Below, piece by piece: positions 9,571-19,691 of a stretch of 64,000 bases of DNA. Origin of the DNA: Calditrichales bacterium (GTDB taxonomy: Bacteria; Calditrichota; Calditrichia; Calditrichales; J004); the NCBI GenBank assembly GCA_965267575.1, contig OZ254086.1, forward strand, positions 3,424,001-3,488,000, written 5' to 3'. Within the stretch, counting starts at the first letter, position 1, and each line of letters begins with the position of its first letter. Below the pieces are notes generated by a model, which was not told the origin of the DNA, made no database searches, and saw only the letters and a list, made by a program, of their open reading frames with translations. The translations under genes were made by a program, and so were the position numbers.

Positions 9571-11431
9571 ACCTTTTTTATCCGGTAAAGAAGAAGATAT
9601 GAATTTAAGAAATGAGAGTCTGTCCAAACTGAGCGCGTTATCCAGCGATCTTTTTTGTGTGGCAAGCTATGATGGCTATTTTCTTGAAGTAAATGATTCA
9701 TGGACAAAACTTCTCGGATATTCTGAAGCGGAGCTGAAAAACAGCCCCCTAATAGATTTCGTCCACAACGATGACAAGCAAAAATCAATTGAAGTTTATG
9801 AAGATTTGCGCAAAAACCACAAGTCTCTAACAGGTTTTGTAAATCGCTGCATGACAAAGGAAAATGCCTGCCGTTATCTCACATGGAGCGTAATGCCTGA
9901 TCCGGAAAGCAGGCTTTTTTATGCCGTCGCCCGCGACGATACGGATAAGATCATCGCTGAAAAGGCCATGCAGGCCAGCCACAAAAAGTATCTTGAATTG
10001 TTTGAAGAATCGCATGATATAGTCTACTTCGCCAATGCCGACGGTTATTTGCTGGAAATAAATAATGCCGGCTTAAGGCTTTCCGGTTATGAAAAAAAGG
10101 AAGAGCTATTTGGCCGGAAAATTGAGGATCTTTTTGTAGACAAAGCAGACAGGCACAGGATTTACAGGCAGCTTAAGGAAAAAGGGAAGGTTTCTGAATT
10201 TGGTGTAAAGCTTAAAGATAAAAACGAAAAAGAACACTCCCTAATTCTTTCGGCCACCGCCATTTTTGACGCCAATGGTAGTTTTGTCGGTCACCGCGGG
10301 ATTGCTTACGATATCACCGAAAAGGAAGAGCTTCTTAAGCAGGTGCAGCATATGCAGAAGATGGAAGCGATGGGTATTCTGGCCGGTGGAATTGCCCACG
10401 ACTTTAACAATATTCTGGGGGTTATTACCGGATATGCCGAGATGGCCATGCTGACCAGCAAGGATGAAAAAATCAGCGGTTACACCGACCAAATACTTGT
10501 TGCAGGCAAACGGGCAAAAGATCTGGTTCAGCGTATTTTGGCGTTTAGCCGGTCGCACACCCGTGAATTCAAGGCCTTCTCCTTAAAAAATCATTTAAAC
10601 GATTCCGTTAAATTTTGCCGTTCGGCCTTTCCCAAAAGCGTGGCCATTGATACACAGTTTCCGGATGAGGAAATAAACATTTTTGGCGATGAATCTGAAT
10701 TACAGAATGTCTTTTTAAACCTCTTTACAAACTCCCTGCATGCCATGGAAGGTAAAACCGATGCCCGGCTGCTGGTTCAAATGGTGCGCCCGTCTAACAA
10801 CGGCAGAGTTGAGGTGTCCGTTAAGGATAACGGGCATGGGATGAGCAGGGAAATAGTCGGAAAAATCTTTGAGCCCTACTTTACGACAAAACCAAAGGGC
10901 GCCGGTACCGGCCTGGGATTGTCGATGGTTCATAGTATCATCAAGAATCATAATGGCTATATCCAGGTGGATTCGGAACCGGGTATAGGCACGGAGTTCA
11001 AAATAACTCTGCCCGTTTACCATGCCGGCGTAATTGAAGACGAAAATATCCAAAAGGCGTTTAAAAGAGGCAGCGGTAGTATTTTGATAGTCGACGACGA
11101 GGAGCATCTGCTTGGCATACAGAAGGAGATGCTTGAGCATATCGGCTATCGTGCAGACGTGTGCGGCCCGGCTGAAATCCTTATGCAGATGGAAAATAAT
11201 AAATACGACCTGGTTATAACCGATCTTGACATGCCCGGAAAATCAGGGCTGGAGCTTGCGCAATATGTTACGGATTATTACCCGGACACCCACCTCATTC
11301 TGTGTACCGGTCACCTGGGGCTCAACGAGGTCAATAAACTGAAAAAGTCCTCTGCAAAGAAAATCCTCAACAAGCCGGTCTCAATGATGGACCTTTCCGT
11401 TGCTGTGTATGAAACATTACAGGGAAAGTAA
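9563..11431 (+). CDS. Cytoplasmic hybrid histidine kinase (PAS-PAS-HisKA-HATPase-REC)
   Basis: No TM segment; H-box [25 protein letters not shown]-terminal receiver (ITDLDMP). Confidence 0.92.
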   Translation: MSKPFLSGKEEDMNLRNESLSKLSALSSDLFCVASYDGYFLEVNDSWTKLLGYSEAELKNSPLIDFVHNDDKQKSIEVYEDLRKNHKSLTGFVNRCMTKENACRYLTWSVMPDPESRLFYAVARDDTDKIIAEKAMQASHKKYLELFEESHDIVYFANADGYLLEINNAGLRLSGYEKKEELFGRKIEDLFVDKADRHRIYRQLKEKGKVSEFGVKLKDKNEKEHSLILSATAIFDANGSFVGHRGIAYDITEKEELLKQVQHMQKMEAMGILAGGIAHDFNNILGVITGYAEMAMLTSKDEKISGYTDQILVAGKRAKDLVQRILAFSRSHTREFKAFSLKNHLNDSVKFCRSAFPKSVAIDTQFPDEEINIFGDESELQNVFLNLFTNSLHAMEGKTDARLLVQMVRPSNNGRVEVSVKDNGHGMSREIVGKIFEPYFTTKPKGAGTGLGLSMVHSIIKNHNGYIQVDSEPGIGTEFKITLPVYHAGVIEDENIQKAFKRGSGSILIVDDEEHLLGIQKEMLEHIGYRADVCGPAEILMQMENNKYDLVITDLDMPGKSGLELAQYVTDYYPDTHLILCTGHLGLNEVNKLKKSSAKKILNKPVSMMDLSVAVYETLQGK

Positions 11432-11446
11432 AAGGAGAATTAATCG

Positions 11447-11815
11447 ATGGCGCATTTTCTGATAATTGACGATGATGCTAATTTCCGCGGCATGCTGAGC
11501 GCGGTTTTGCAGAATGAGCATTTCGTTGTGCGTGAGGCAGCAACCGGCAAAGCCGCAATGGATATCTTAAAAAGCGAATACATTTCATTTGTCATAACGG
11601 ATATCATCATGCCGGACATGGATGGTTTGGAACTGATTATGGCGATTAAGGAAAACTGGCCGGAAATTGCCATTATCGCGATATCCGGTGGCGCCGAATT
11701 TTTGCCACCCGACCGGCTGCTGAAGGTTGCCCAAAAGCTCGGGGCCAGCCGCATCCTGCAAAAACCTTTCCAGATCACCGAACTTTTGGACAAAGTGTAT
11801 TCTGTTGTTTCTTAA
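11447..11815 (+). CDS. Single-domain response regulator
   Basis: IIDDD, ITDIIMPDMDG, IIAISGG, QKPF; AGGAG SD. Confidence 0.9.
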   Translation: MAHFLIIDDDANFRGMLSAVLQNEHFVVREAATGKAAMDILKSEYISFVITDIIMPDMDGLELIMAIKENWPEIAIIAISGGAEFLPPDRLLKVAQKLGASRILQKPFQITELLDKVYSVVS

Positions 11816-11824
11816 ATTGGCCAT

Positions 11825-13129
11825 GTGAAGAAAATACTTGTTTTCTGGCTGCCGCTTGTAGCCACCTGGCTGATGATGGCGATAGAAGGGCCTTTCCTCG
11901 CCGCCATTATCGCGCGCATGGCCGACACCACTTTCAATCTCGCCGCCTATGGCGTGGCATATTCACTGGCCCTTTTATGCGAAGCGCCGGTCATTATGCT
12001 GATGTCCGCCTCCACGACGCTGGTCAAAAACCGAACCGGCTATTTGCGTATGCGCAATTTTTCGCTGGCGCTGATGCTGCTGGTAAGCCTTATCCTGGGA
12101 TTTATTCTCGTTCCGCCGGTGTATGACTTTCTCGCTTTATCCGTTATCGGCCTGCCCGTAGAGGTGGCCGAACTAACCTATATTTCTCTAATATTCTTAC
12201 TGCCCTGGCCGGCAGCCATTGGCTACAGGCGTTTTGTACAGGGCATTATGATTGCCTTTCACCGACCGCGGCTTGTTACCTATGGTACGGTTATTCGTCT
12301 TGGCGCCATGGCCGGAACGGCAACGCTGCTGTACTTGCAAAGCGACCTTCCCGGAAGCTACGTGGGCGCGCTGGCCCTATCGGCCGGGGTGGTCAGCGAG
12401 AGTCTCGCCGGACGCGTTATGGCCCGCCGCATTATCCGCCGTATCTGCGCGGCCGGTGACGCCGGGGAAGAGACATTCAGCTACGGACGCATTTTTCAAT
12501 TCTATTACCCGCTGGCCCTGGCCACCATGATCGGGCTGGGTGCGCACCCGCTTATTACCGTATTTGTCGGGCAAAGCCGCATGGCCGTGGAGTCGCTGGC
12601 GGTATTGCCGGTAATAAACGCGCTGGTTTTTATCTTTCGGGCCATCGGTCTCTCATTTCATGAAGTGGCCATAACCTTTATGGGTTCGCGCGGGGAAGGG
12701 CAGCACCTCTTAAAACGTTTTACAACGATACTGGCTATCAGCATGAGTATTATAATGGGGCTGATTGTATTCACGCCGCTTTCAGACTTTTGGTTTATCA
12801 CCGTATCCGGGTTAACGGAAGACCTGGCACACATCGCCACACTTCCGGCTCAGATACTTGTTCTCATACCGGCTTTATCGATGCTTATATCCTATCAGCG
12901 CGCCATCCAAGTTGTCAGCCGCGATACCAAGCATGTCAGCTTCGCCACCGCAACGGAAGTCGGCACCATTATCATTGTTGTCAGCATCTGTGTGCATCTG
13001 CTGGGCATGGTGGGCGCCATCGCCGCGGCCACGGCTTTGCTGCTGGGACGTCTGTTTGCCAATCTCTATCTAATCCGGCCCAATTTCCGTGCGCTGGACG
13101 AAATGCTGCGAAAAGGTCAAACTGCTTAG
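11825..13129 (+). CDS. MATE/MOP-superfamily membrane protein (ANKH-like)
   Basis: About 12 TM helices in two pseudo-repeats (FWLPLVATWLMM / FYYPLALATMIG); GTG start. Confidence 0.65.
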   Translation: MKKILVFWLPLVATWLMMAIEGPFLAAIIARMADTTFNLAAYGVAYSLALLCEAPVIMLMSASTTLVKNRTGYLRMRNFSLALMLLVSLILGFILVPPVYDFLALSVIGLPVEVAELTYISLIFLLPWPAAIGYRRFVQGIMIAFHRPRLVTYGTVIRLGAMAGTATLLYLQSDLPGSYVGALALSAGVVSESLAGRVMARRIIRRICAAGDAGEETFSYGRIFQFYYPLALATMIGLGAHPLITVFVGQSRMAVESLAVLPVINALVFIFRAIGLSFHEVAITFMGSRGEGQHLLKRFTTILAISMSIIMGLIVFTPLSDFWFITVSGLTEDLAHIATLPAQILVLIPALSMLISYQRAIQVVSRDTKHVSFATATEVGTIIIVVSICVHLLGMVGAIAAATALLLGRLFANLYLIRPNFRALDEMLRKGQTA

Positions 13130-13184
13130 CGTAAATCATTTAAATACATAGAGATAGAGCGCTTTTCAGAGTAGTTGTGCCATA

Positions 13185-13213
13185 TTGATTATAAGAATCC
13201 ATCAACGTATATT
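13185..13213 (+). promoter_or_regulatory. Sigma70-type promoter of arcC-sucCD-ndk
   Basis: TTGATT-N17-TATATT. Confidence 0.6.
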
Positions 13214-13262
13214 TAAAGTTTTTTCAGGATGAAACGCGCTATTCTCGAAAGGAAGCCTCTGT

Positions 13263-14207
13263 ATGGCCAGGGAAACGGTTATTTTTGCGCTGGGCGGCAA
13301 TGCGATCACACGGGAATTTGAAGAGGGTTCTATAACGCAGCAGTTTGCCAACGTACGCAACAGTCTTGCCGGAGCGATCGATTTATTGCAGCGCGGCTAT
13401 AATGTTGTTATTACACACGGCAACGGGCCGCAGGTTGGCAACGCCCTTATCCGCGTGGAAGAAGCACGCCAGTTGGTGCCGCCGCTTCCGCTCGGTGTAA
13501 TCGTAGCTGACCTCGAGGGAGGCATGGGCTACATGATAGAGCAATGTTTCCAAAACCTGTTGCATGATGCAGGTATCGAAAAGCAGGTTACAACGATCAT
13601 AACCCAGGTGGTGGTGGATCCGGATGATCCCTCGATCCAGGAGCCGACAAAATTTGTTGGTCCGTTTTTTACCTACGAGCAAGTGGCCGAACTGGAAGAA
13701 AAGCGCGGCTGGATTGTAAAGGAAGACAAAGGGCGCGGCTGGAGGCGCGTGGTACCCAGCCCCATACCAAAAGCCATAGTGGAAAAAGATATCATTCAAT
13801 TGCTTGTAAAGAATGATGTTGTGGTGATTGCCGGCGGTGGAGGCGGCATTCCTGTCTATTACGACAATCGCGGCTGGCTGGAGGGTGTTGACGGCGTTGT
13901 TGACAAAGACCTGGCTTCGGCGTTGATCGGCAACGAGATAAATGCCACAAAATTGGTTATCTTAACCGGCGTTGACAAAGTATCGGTCCATTACCGCACT
14001 AAAGATCAGATCGACCTGGATCTGCTGACAATAGCGGAAGCCCGGCGTTATCTGGAAGCCGGGGAGTTTCCCAAAGGAAGCATGGGACCAAAAATTCAGG
14101 CGGCCATAAATTTTATTGAAAATGGCGGCAAGGAGGTCCTGATTACGTCGATTGATTCGGTAAAGGATGCACTGGACGGCAAAAACGGTACGCGGATTGT
14201 GCCATAA
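13263..14207 (+). CDS. arcC: Carbamate kinase
   Basis: ALGGNA, THGNGPQVG, PTKFVG, RRVVPSP, GGGGIPV, VDKD, GSMGPK. Confidence 0.95.
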   Translation: MARETVIFALGGNAITREFEEGSITQQFANVRNSLAGAIDLLQRGYNVVITHGNGPQVGNALIRVEEARQLVPPLPLGVIVADLEGGMGYMIEQCFQNLLHDAGIEKQVTTIITQVVVDPDDPSIQEPTKFVGPFFTYEQVAELEEKRGWIVKEDKGRGWRRVVPSPIPKAIVEKDIIQLLVKNDVVVIAGGGGGIPVYYDNRGWLEGVDGVVDKDLASALIGNEINATKLVILTGVDKVSVHYRTKDQIDLDLLTIAEARRYLEAGEFPKGSMGPKIQAAINFIENGGKEVLITSIDSVKDALDGKNGTRIVP

Positions 14208-14250
14208 CCGCGGCCGCAAATTCTAAATTTAACAGGACGGGAGTCTGTTT

Positions 14251-15411
14251 ATGAATATTCACGAATATCAGGCCAAGGAGATTTTGCGCAAGTACAATGT
14301 GCCCGTTCCGCAGGGTTTCCCGGCTTTTAGCGTAGATGAAGCAGTTTCCGCGGCGGAAAAGCTGCCCAAGGGGGTTTACGTTGTTAAGGCCCAGATCCAC
14401 GCAGGTGGGCGCGGAAAAGGCGGCGGTGTAAAGATCGCCAAGAATCTTGAAGAAGTACGCGAATACGCCGGCGACATGCTGGGCATGAATCTGGTTACGC
14501 ACCAGACGGGCCCGGAAGGCAAGAAAGTGCAAAAGCTGCTTATCGAGCAGGGTATAGATATCGGTCGCGAGCTCTACCTGGGCATGGTCCTGGATCGCAG
14601 TACATCGCAGTTTGTGATGATGGCCAGCACCGAAGGCGGTGTGGAAATCGAAAAAGTAGCCGCTGAAACGCCTGAGAAGATTTTAAAAGTATGGTGCGAT
14701 CCTGCCGTGGGCCTGCAAGCATTCCAGGCGCGGCAATTGGCATTTGGCCTTGGTCTGGAAGGTGATCAGGTAAAGAATGCCGTAAAATTTATGATGTCCC
14801 TGTATAAAGCGTTTATGGCCAATGACAGTTCGCTGGCGGAAATCAATCCGCTGGTGGTGACAAAGCAGGGTGAGGTGCTGGCTCTGGACGCCAAGATCAA
14901 CTTTGATGATAACGCGCTGTACCGCCAGAAACACCTGGCCGACCTGCGCGATCTTGACGAAGAAGAGCCACTGGAAGTGGAAGCCTCCAAACATAACCTC
15001 AACTACATCAAGCTTGATGGCAATGTGGGTTGTATGGTCAACGGCGCAGGCCTGGCGATGGCGACCATGGACATCATCAAGCTGGCCGGCGGTGAGCCCG
15101 CCAACTTCCTCGATGTGGGGGGCGGCGCCAATGTGGAAACGGTGCGCAATGGTTTTAAAATTATCCTGAGCGATAAAAACGTAAAGGCTATTCTAATCAA
15201 CATCTTTGGTGGCATCGTGCGTTGCGATCGCGTGGCGCAGGGCGTTATCGAAGCGGTTAAGACCATTGACGTGGACGTACCCGTTGTGGTAAGGCTGGAA
15301 GGTACAAATGCCAAGGAAGCCGGTGTATTACTAAAAGAATCGGGTATGGATTTTGTTGTAGCCGCCACATTGGACGACGCGGCCGACAAAGTGATAGAAG
15401 TATTGCAGTAA
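14251..15411 (+). CDS. sucC: Succinyl-CoA ligase beta subunit
   Basis: [46 protein letters not shown]. Confidence 0.97.
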   Translation: MNIHEYQAKEILRKYNVPVPQGFPAFSVDEAVSAAEKLPKGVYVVKAQIHAGGRGKGGGVKIAKNLEEVREYAGDMLGMNLVTHQTGPEGKKVQKLLIEQGIDIGRELYLGMVLDRSTSQFVMMASTEGGVEIEKVAAETPEKILKVWCDPAVGLQAFQARQLAFGLGLEGDQVKNAVKFMMSLYKAFMANDSSLAEINPLVVTKQGEVLALDAKINFDDNALYRQKHLADLRDLDEEEPLEVEASKHNLNYIKLDGNVGCMVNGAGLAMATMDIIKLAGGEPANFLDVGGGANVETVRNGFKIILSDKNVKAILINIFGGIVRCDRVAQGVIEAVKTIDVDVPVVVRLEGTNAKEAGVLLKESGMDFVVAATLDDAADKVIEVLQ

Positions 15412-15446
15412 CCCGCTTAAATCAGCTTGATTGAGGAGAATGAAAA

Positions 15447-16319
15447 ATGAGTGTATTGCTCACTGAAAAAACAAAAGTTTTAATACAGGGAATTACAGGT
15501 TCGGAAGGATCATTCCATACCCGCCAGATGATGGATTACAATACCCGCGTGGTGGCCGGTGTTACCCCGGGCAAAGGCGGACAGAAGTTCGAAGAAAATG
15601 TGCCGGTTTTTAACACGGTGCGCGAAGCCGCCGAAGCAACCGGCGCCAACGCCTCGGTCATTTTCGTGCCTCCGCCGTTTGCCGCCGACGCGGTTATGGA
15701 AGCCGCCGATGCAGGCCTGGATCTCGTAGTCTGTATCACGGAAGGTATACCGGCAAAGGATATGGTTTATGTTTATGATTATCTGAAGGAACGTGGTACA
15801 AAACTGGTGGGCCCCAACTGCCCCGGCGTTATTTCGCCTGGTATCGGCAAAATGGGCATCATGCCGGCGTTTATTCATCAGCCGGGACACGTGGGTGTTA
15901 TAAGCCGCTCCGGTACGCTTACCTATGAAGCGGTTGGCCAGCTCAGTGCCCGTGATATCGGGCAATCCACCTGTATCGGTATCGGTGGTGACCCCGTTAT
16001 CGGCACGCGCTTTATCGACGCTCTGCAGCTTTTTGCGGAAGATGACGATACGCGCGCTATCGTGATGATTGGCGAAATTGGCGGTAGCGCTGAAGAGGAA
16101 GCCGCCGAGTGGATTAAAGACAATCTGAAAAAACCGGTTGTAGGCTTTATTGCCGGGCAAACCGCGCCTCCGGGACGGCGCATGGGCCATGCGGGAGCAA
16201 TCATCAGTGGTGGAAAAGGCACTGCGGATGACAAAATGAAAGCTATGAACGCCGCGGGTATTCATGTATGCAAAAGCCCGGCGGATATTGGAAAAGCAAT
16301 TGAAGAAGTAATCAAATAA
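15447..16319 (+). CDS. sucD: Succinyl-CoA ligase alpha subunit
   Basis: [27 protein letters not shown]. Confidence 0.97.
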   Translation: MSVLLTEKTKVLIQGITGSEGSFHTRQMMDYNTRVVAGVTPGKGGQKFEENVPVFNTVREAAEATGANASVIFVPPPFAADAVMEAADAGLDLVVCITEGIPAKDMVYVYDYLKERGTKLVGPNCPGVISPGIGKMGIMPAFIHQPGHVGVISRSGTLTYEAVGQLSARDIGQSTCIGIGGDPVIGTRFIDALQLFAEDDDTRAIVMIGEIGGSAEEEAAEWIKDNLKKPVVGFIAGQTAPPGRRMGHAGAIISGGKGTADDKMKAMNAAGIHVCKSPADIGKAIEEVIK

Positions 16320-16334
16320 ACAGGAGAATTATTA

Positions 16335-16760
16335 GTGGCTGAACGTACCTTGGCTATTTTGAAGCCGGATTGTATTCAGAATAAATATACAGGTAAGGTG
16401 ATCGATCATTTGCTGCAGGCCGGCTTTAAGGTTGTGGCAATGAAAATGGTAAGGCTTACACGCGACGTGGCAGGTGAATTTTATGCCGTGCACAAGGAGC
16501 GTCCGTTCTACGGTGAGCTGGTTGATTTCATGACCGAGTCGGCGGTGATTCCGTTGGTGCTGGAACGTGAAGATGCCGTCGCGCATCTGCGCAAAGTCAT
16601 CGGCGCTACCGATCCTGCGGAAGCTGCAGACGGAACAGTTCGCAAGCTTTACGCCGAAAGCAAGGGAAGAAATACAATCCATGCTTCTGATTCTGATGAA
16701 AACGCCGCGCGTGAAAGCGCATTTTTCTTTGCCGAGTCGGAACTGATAGCAAACCGCTGA
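16335..16760 (+). CDS. ndk: Nucleoside diphosphate kinase
   Basis: [25 protein letters not shown] before GTG. Confidence 0.96.
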   Translation: MAERTLAILKPDCIQNKYTGKVIDHLLQAGFKVVAMKMVRLTRDVAGEFYAVHKERPFYGELVDFMTESAVIPLVLEREDAVAHLRKVIGATDPAEAADGTVRKLYAESKGRNTIHASDSDENAARESAFFFAESELIANR

Positions 16761-16780
16761 GTTGCAAAAAAGTAACGTGG

Positions 16781-16807
16781 AAGCGTCCTGCGGGGCGCTT
16801 TTTTTTT
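16781..16807 (+). terminator. Intrinsic terminator after ndk
   Basis: AAGCGTCC/GGGCGCTT stem followed by a long T tract. Confidence 0.8.
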
Positions 16808-16841
16808 GCGGGACTGAAGCAAAATTTGGGCCGCGCCTTTG

Positions 16842-16870
16842 TTGAATTGATTTAAAACCTTTTTTATATT
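16842..16870 (+). promoter_or_regulatory. Sigma70-type promoter of the yceD-rpmF-fab operon
   Basis: TTGAAT-N17-TATATT, 10 nt upstream of ATG 16881. Confidence 0.5.
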
Positions 16871-16880
16871 CTAAATTCTA

Positions 16881-17372
16881 ATGAAAATTTCATTACAGAG
16901 TCTTAAGCAGGGCATCGCCGAGTTTAACGAGAAGGTTGAGCCCGATTTTCTTGATGAGACTTATCAGCCTTTTTACCCGGAGATTTTGAGGGTACATGCC
17001 CGGGTTGACAAATTTGACCGGGACTACCGGGTAGACATCACACTTAGGACAATTGGCCATTTTAGATGTGACCGCTGTCTGGAAGATTATAGCAGGGAGA
17101 TCACATTAACGGCCGAACATATTTTCCGGGTGATCCCGGCGGAAGGAGATGATGACGAGATCATCGAAATACCTGCCGATGCCACGGAGATTGACTTAAC
17201 GCCTTTTCTTGAAGAGCTGCTCATTCTGGAGCACCCGATCAAGATGCTGTGCAAAGAAGATTGCAAAGGACTTTGTCCCGGTTGCGGGGTAAACCTGAAT
17301 CACGAAAGCTGCCGCTGCAGTGATGACGATATTGATCCGCGCTGGGAAGAATTGAGAAAATTAATAAAATAG
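16881..17372 (+). CDS. yceD: DUF177/YceD family protein
   Basis: CDRCL, LCKEDCKGLCPGCG, DPRW; position before rpmF. Confidence 0.9.
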   Translation: MKISLQSLKQGIAEFNEKVEPDFLDETYQPFYPEILRVHARVDKFDRDYRVDITLRTIGHFRCDRCLEDYSREITLTAEHIFRVIPAEGDDDEIIEIPADATEIDLTPFLEELLILEHPIKMLCKEDCKGLCPGCGVNLNHESCRCSDDDIDPRWEELRKLIK

Positions 17373-17393
17373 ATATCAGAAACAGGAGAACAA

Positions 17394-17582
17394 ATGGCAA
17401 ATCCAAAAAGAAAATTATCCCGGTCCAAGCGTGATCACAGACGCGCACATTGGATGAATTCGACCGGAAACCGTAACATTATTACGTGTGACAATTGCGG
17501 TGAAAAAATGATTTCCCACCATGCCTGCCCATCTTGCGGCTACTATCGCGGCAGAAAAGTAGACACTCCAAAAGCTTCATAA
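17394..17582 (+). CDS. rpmF: 50S ribosomal protein L32 (zinc-binding form)
   Basis: MANPKRK, CDNC...CPSCGYY. Confidence 0.95.
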   Translation: MANPKRKLSRSKRDHRRAHWMNSTGNRNIITCDNCGEKMISHHACPSCGYYRGRKVDTPKAS

Positions 17583-17598
17583 CCAAGCGGACTTTATT

Positions 17599-18633
17599 GT
17601 GCGAATTGCTCTGGATGCACTGGGGGGCGATCACGGGCCGTCCGTAACCGTACACGGCGCGTATCTGTACCTCCAGAACAATCCCGATGACAGCGTTGTG
17701 CTTGTCGGGGCGCGTGACCAGATAGAGGAAGAATTGGAAAAGATTCCTTCCTCTTATCACAGTCGTTTGCCCATTTGCCATGCGCCCGAAAACATCGATA
17801 TGCATGAATCACCGACAGAGGCATTACGCAAGAAAAAGAATTCGTCCATGGTGCAGGGTTTGACGCTGCACAAAAACGGAGAAGTGGATGCTTTTGTGAG
17901 TGCCGGTAGCACCGGGGCGCAAATGGCGGCCAGCCTGCTTGTCCTGGGGAGGATTTCTTCGGTAAAACGGCCGGCCATAGGCGCGTTTCTGCCTTCGGAA
18001 AAGGGACTCGTATTTGTCATTGATGTTGGCGCCAATGTGGACAGCAAGCCTGTACACCTTTTTCAGTTTGCAACCATGGCCAACATTTTTGTTAGTTACG
18101 CCTTTAAAACAGATGAGGTGGGACAACATACACACAAGGTCGGTTTGCTGAGCATCGGTGAAGAAGACAGCAAGGGCAATGAAGTTACCGTTGCAACCAA
18201 CAAGCTTTTAAAGGAAAAACTGCCCAATTTTCACGGGAATGTGGAGGGCGGTGATATTTTCCGCGGCACCGTTGACATAATCGTATGCGACGGATTTGTC
18301 GGCAACATTTTGTTGAAGATGGCCGAGAGCGTTATGAGTGTTTTGCTGAACGGGGTCAAAAAGAATATTGGTAAAAACCTGATCAAGAATTTTGGCGCCA
18401 TCCTGGTGAAGCCGGCCATAACTGCACTAAAGCAAAATTTCAGCTATGAGGAGTATGGAGGTGTCCCGTTGCTTGGTGTAAACGGGATTTCCATTATCTG
18501 CCATGGAAAGTCCAGTTCGCTGGCTTTGAAGAATGCTTTGCGTGTTGCGCGCAATATGTACGACAAGAAAATAAACGATCAAATTGAAGAAAAATTAAAA
18601 ACCGAGGAAGAGCTGAATGCAAAAGCGGGCTAA
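17599..18633 (+). CDS. plsX: Phosphate acyltransferase
   Basis: IALDALGGD, SAGSTGA, DGFVGN, HGKS. Confidence 0.95.
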   Translation: MRIALDALGGDHGPSVTVHGAYLYLQNNPDDSVVLVGARDQIEEELEKIPSSYHSRLPICHAPENIDMHESPTEALRKKKNSSMVQGLTLHKNGEVDAFVSAGSTGAQMAASLLVLGRISSVKRPAIGAFLPSEKGLVFVIDVGANVDSKPVHLFQFATMANIFVSYAFKTDEVGQHTHKVGLLSIGEEDSKGNEVTVATNKLLKEKLPNFHGNVEGGDIFRGTVDIIVCDGFVGNILLKMAESVMSVLLNGVKKNIGKNLIKNFGAILVKPAITALKQNFSYEEYGGVPLLGVNGISIICHGKSSSLALKNALRVARNMYDKKINDQIEEKLKTEEELNAKAG

Positions 18634-19660
18634 AATAAGCGCTGTAAGCCACTATGTGCCGGACAAAGTTCTGACCAACTTTGATCTGGAAAAAATGGTA
18701 GATACCAGTGACGAATGGATACGCACGCGTACAGGCATTCGCGAAAGACGTATCCTGGAGGATGGCAAAGCCACTTCGGATATGGGCGCGGAAGCTGTTA
18801 AAAAACTGTGTCAACAAAGGGGTATCGGGCCGGAAGATATTGATGTAATCATCGTTGCAACCGTAACGCCGGATATGTTTTTCCCGAGCACCGGAAACCT
18901 GATCCAGGAAAAGGTCGGGGCGGTCAACGCCTGGTCATTTGATGTAGCTGCCGCCTGTTCCGGGTTTATTTTCGCTTTATCGGTTGGCACGCAGTTTATC
19001 AATGCCGGCACGCATCAGAAAGTAGTCGTGATCGGCAGCGACAAAATGACCTCAATTATCAATTACCGCGATCGTAATACCTGCGTTTTGTTTGGCGACG
19101 CGGCGGGCGCTGTTTTGCTGGAGCCATCTGACGATGAGGATGGCCTGATTGATTTTATGCTTCGCACCGATGGCAGCGGCGCAGACTATCTTAAAATGAA
19201 GGCCGGTGGCAGTCTCTATCCGGCAACGCTGCATTCTGTGGCCAATGACTGGCATTTTATTTACCAGGATGGCAAGCAGGTGTTTAAATATGCCGTACAG
19301 AGAATGGCCGATGTATCGGTAAAAATACTTGAAAAATATAATTACTCCGGCGATGACCTGACTCTATTTGTGCCGCACCAGGCCAACCTGCGCATTATTG
19401 ATGCCGCTGTTAAACGCCTGGGCATCGATTATGACAAGGTTATGATCAACATCGAAAAATATGGCAATACCACGGCCGCCACTATTCCGCTGGCGCTTTC
19501 CGAAGCGCACCTTGAGGGCAGGGTGGACAAGGGCGACCTGGTGCTTTTTGCGACTTTTGGCGGCGGTTTCACCTGGGGCAGTGCATTGCTGACCTGGGCG
19601 CTGGATAAGCCGGCCGGCGTAGAAAAGAAACAGCAGGAAAAGGCTGAAGCCAACGTCTGA
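18617..19660 (+). CDS. fabH: 3-oxoacyl-ACP synthase III
   Basis: AACSG, PHQAN, GNT triad motifs. Confidence 0.96.
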   Translation: MQKRAKISAVSHYVPDKVLTNFDLEKMVDTSDEWIRTRTGIRERRILEDGKATSDMGAEAVKKLCQQRGIGPEDIDVIIVATVTPDMFFPSTGNLIQEKVGAVNAWSFDVAAACSGFIFALSVGTQFINAGTHQKVVVIGSDKMTSIINYRDRNTCVLFGDAAGAVLLEPSDDEDGLIDFMLRTDGSGADYLKMKAGGSLYPATLHSVANDWHFIYQDGKQVFKYAVQRMADVSVKILEKYNYSGDDLTLFVPHQANLRIIDAAVKRLGIDYDKVMINIEKYGNTTAATIPLALSEAHLEGRVDKGDLVLFATFGGGFTWGSALLTWALDKPAGVEKKQQEKAEANV

Positions 19661-19691
19661 CAATTCTAGTTTTTGGGGCTGATAAAATCAT

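Noticed and set aside
13185..13205. FNR-like TTGAT...ATCAA upstream of arcC
   Set aside because: The half-sites are 11 bp apart instead of 4; TTGATT is better explained as a -35 box
15510..16265. 251-aa antisense ORF inside sucD
   Set aside because: Shadow ORF with no independent coding evidence
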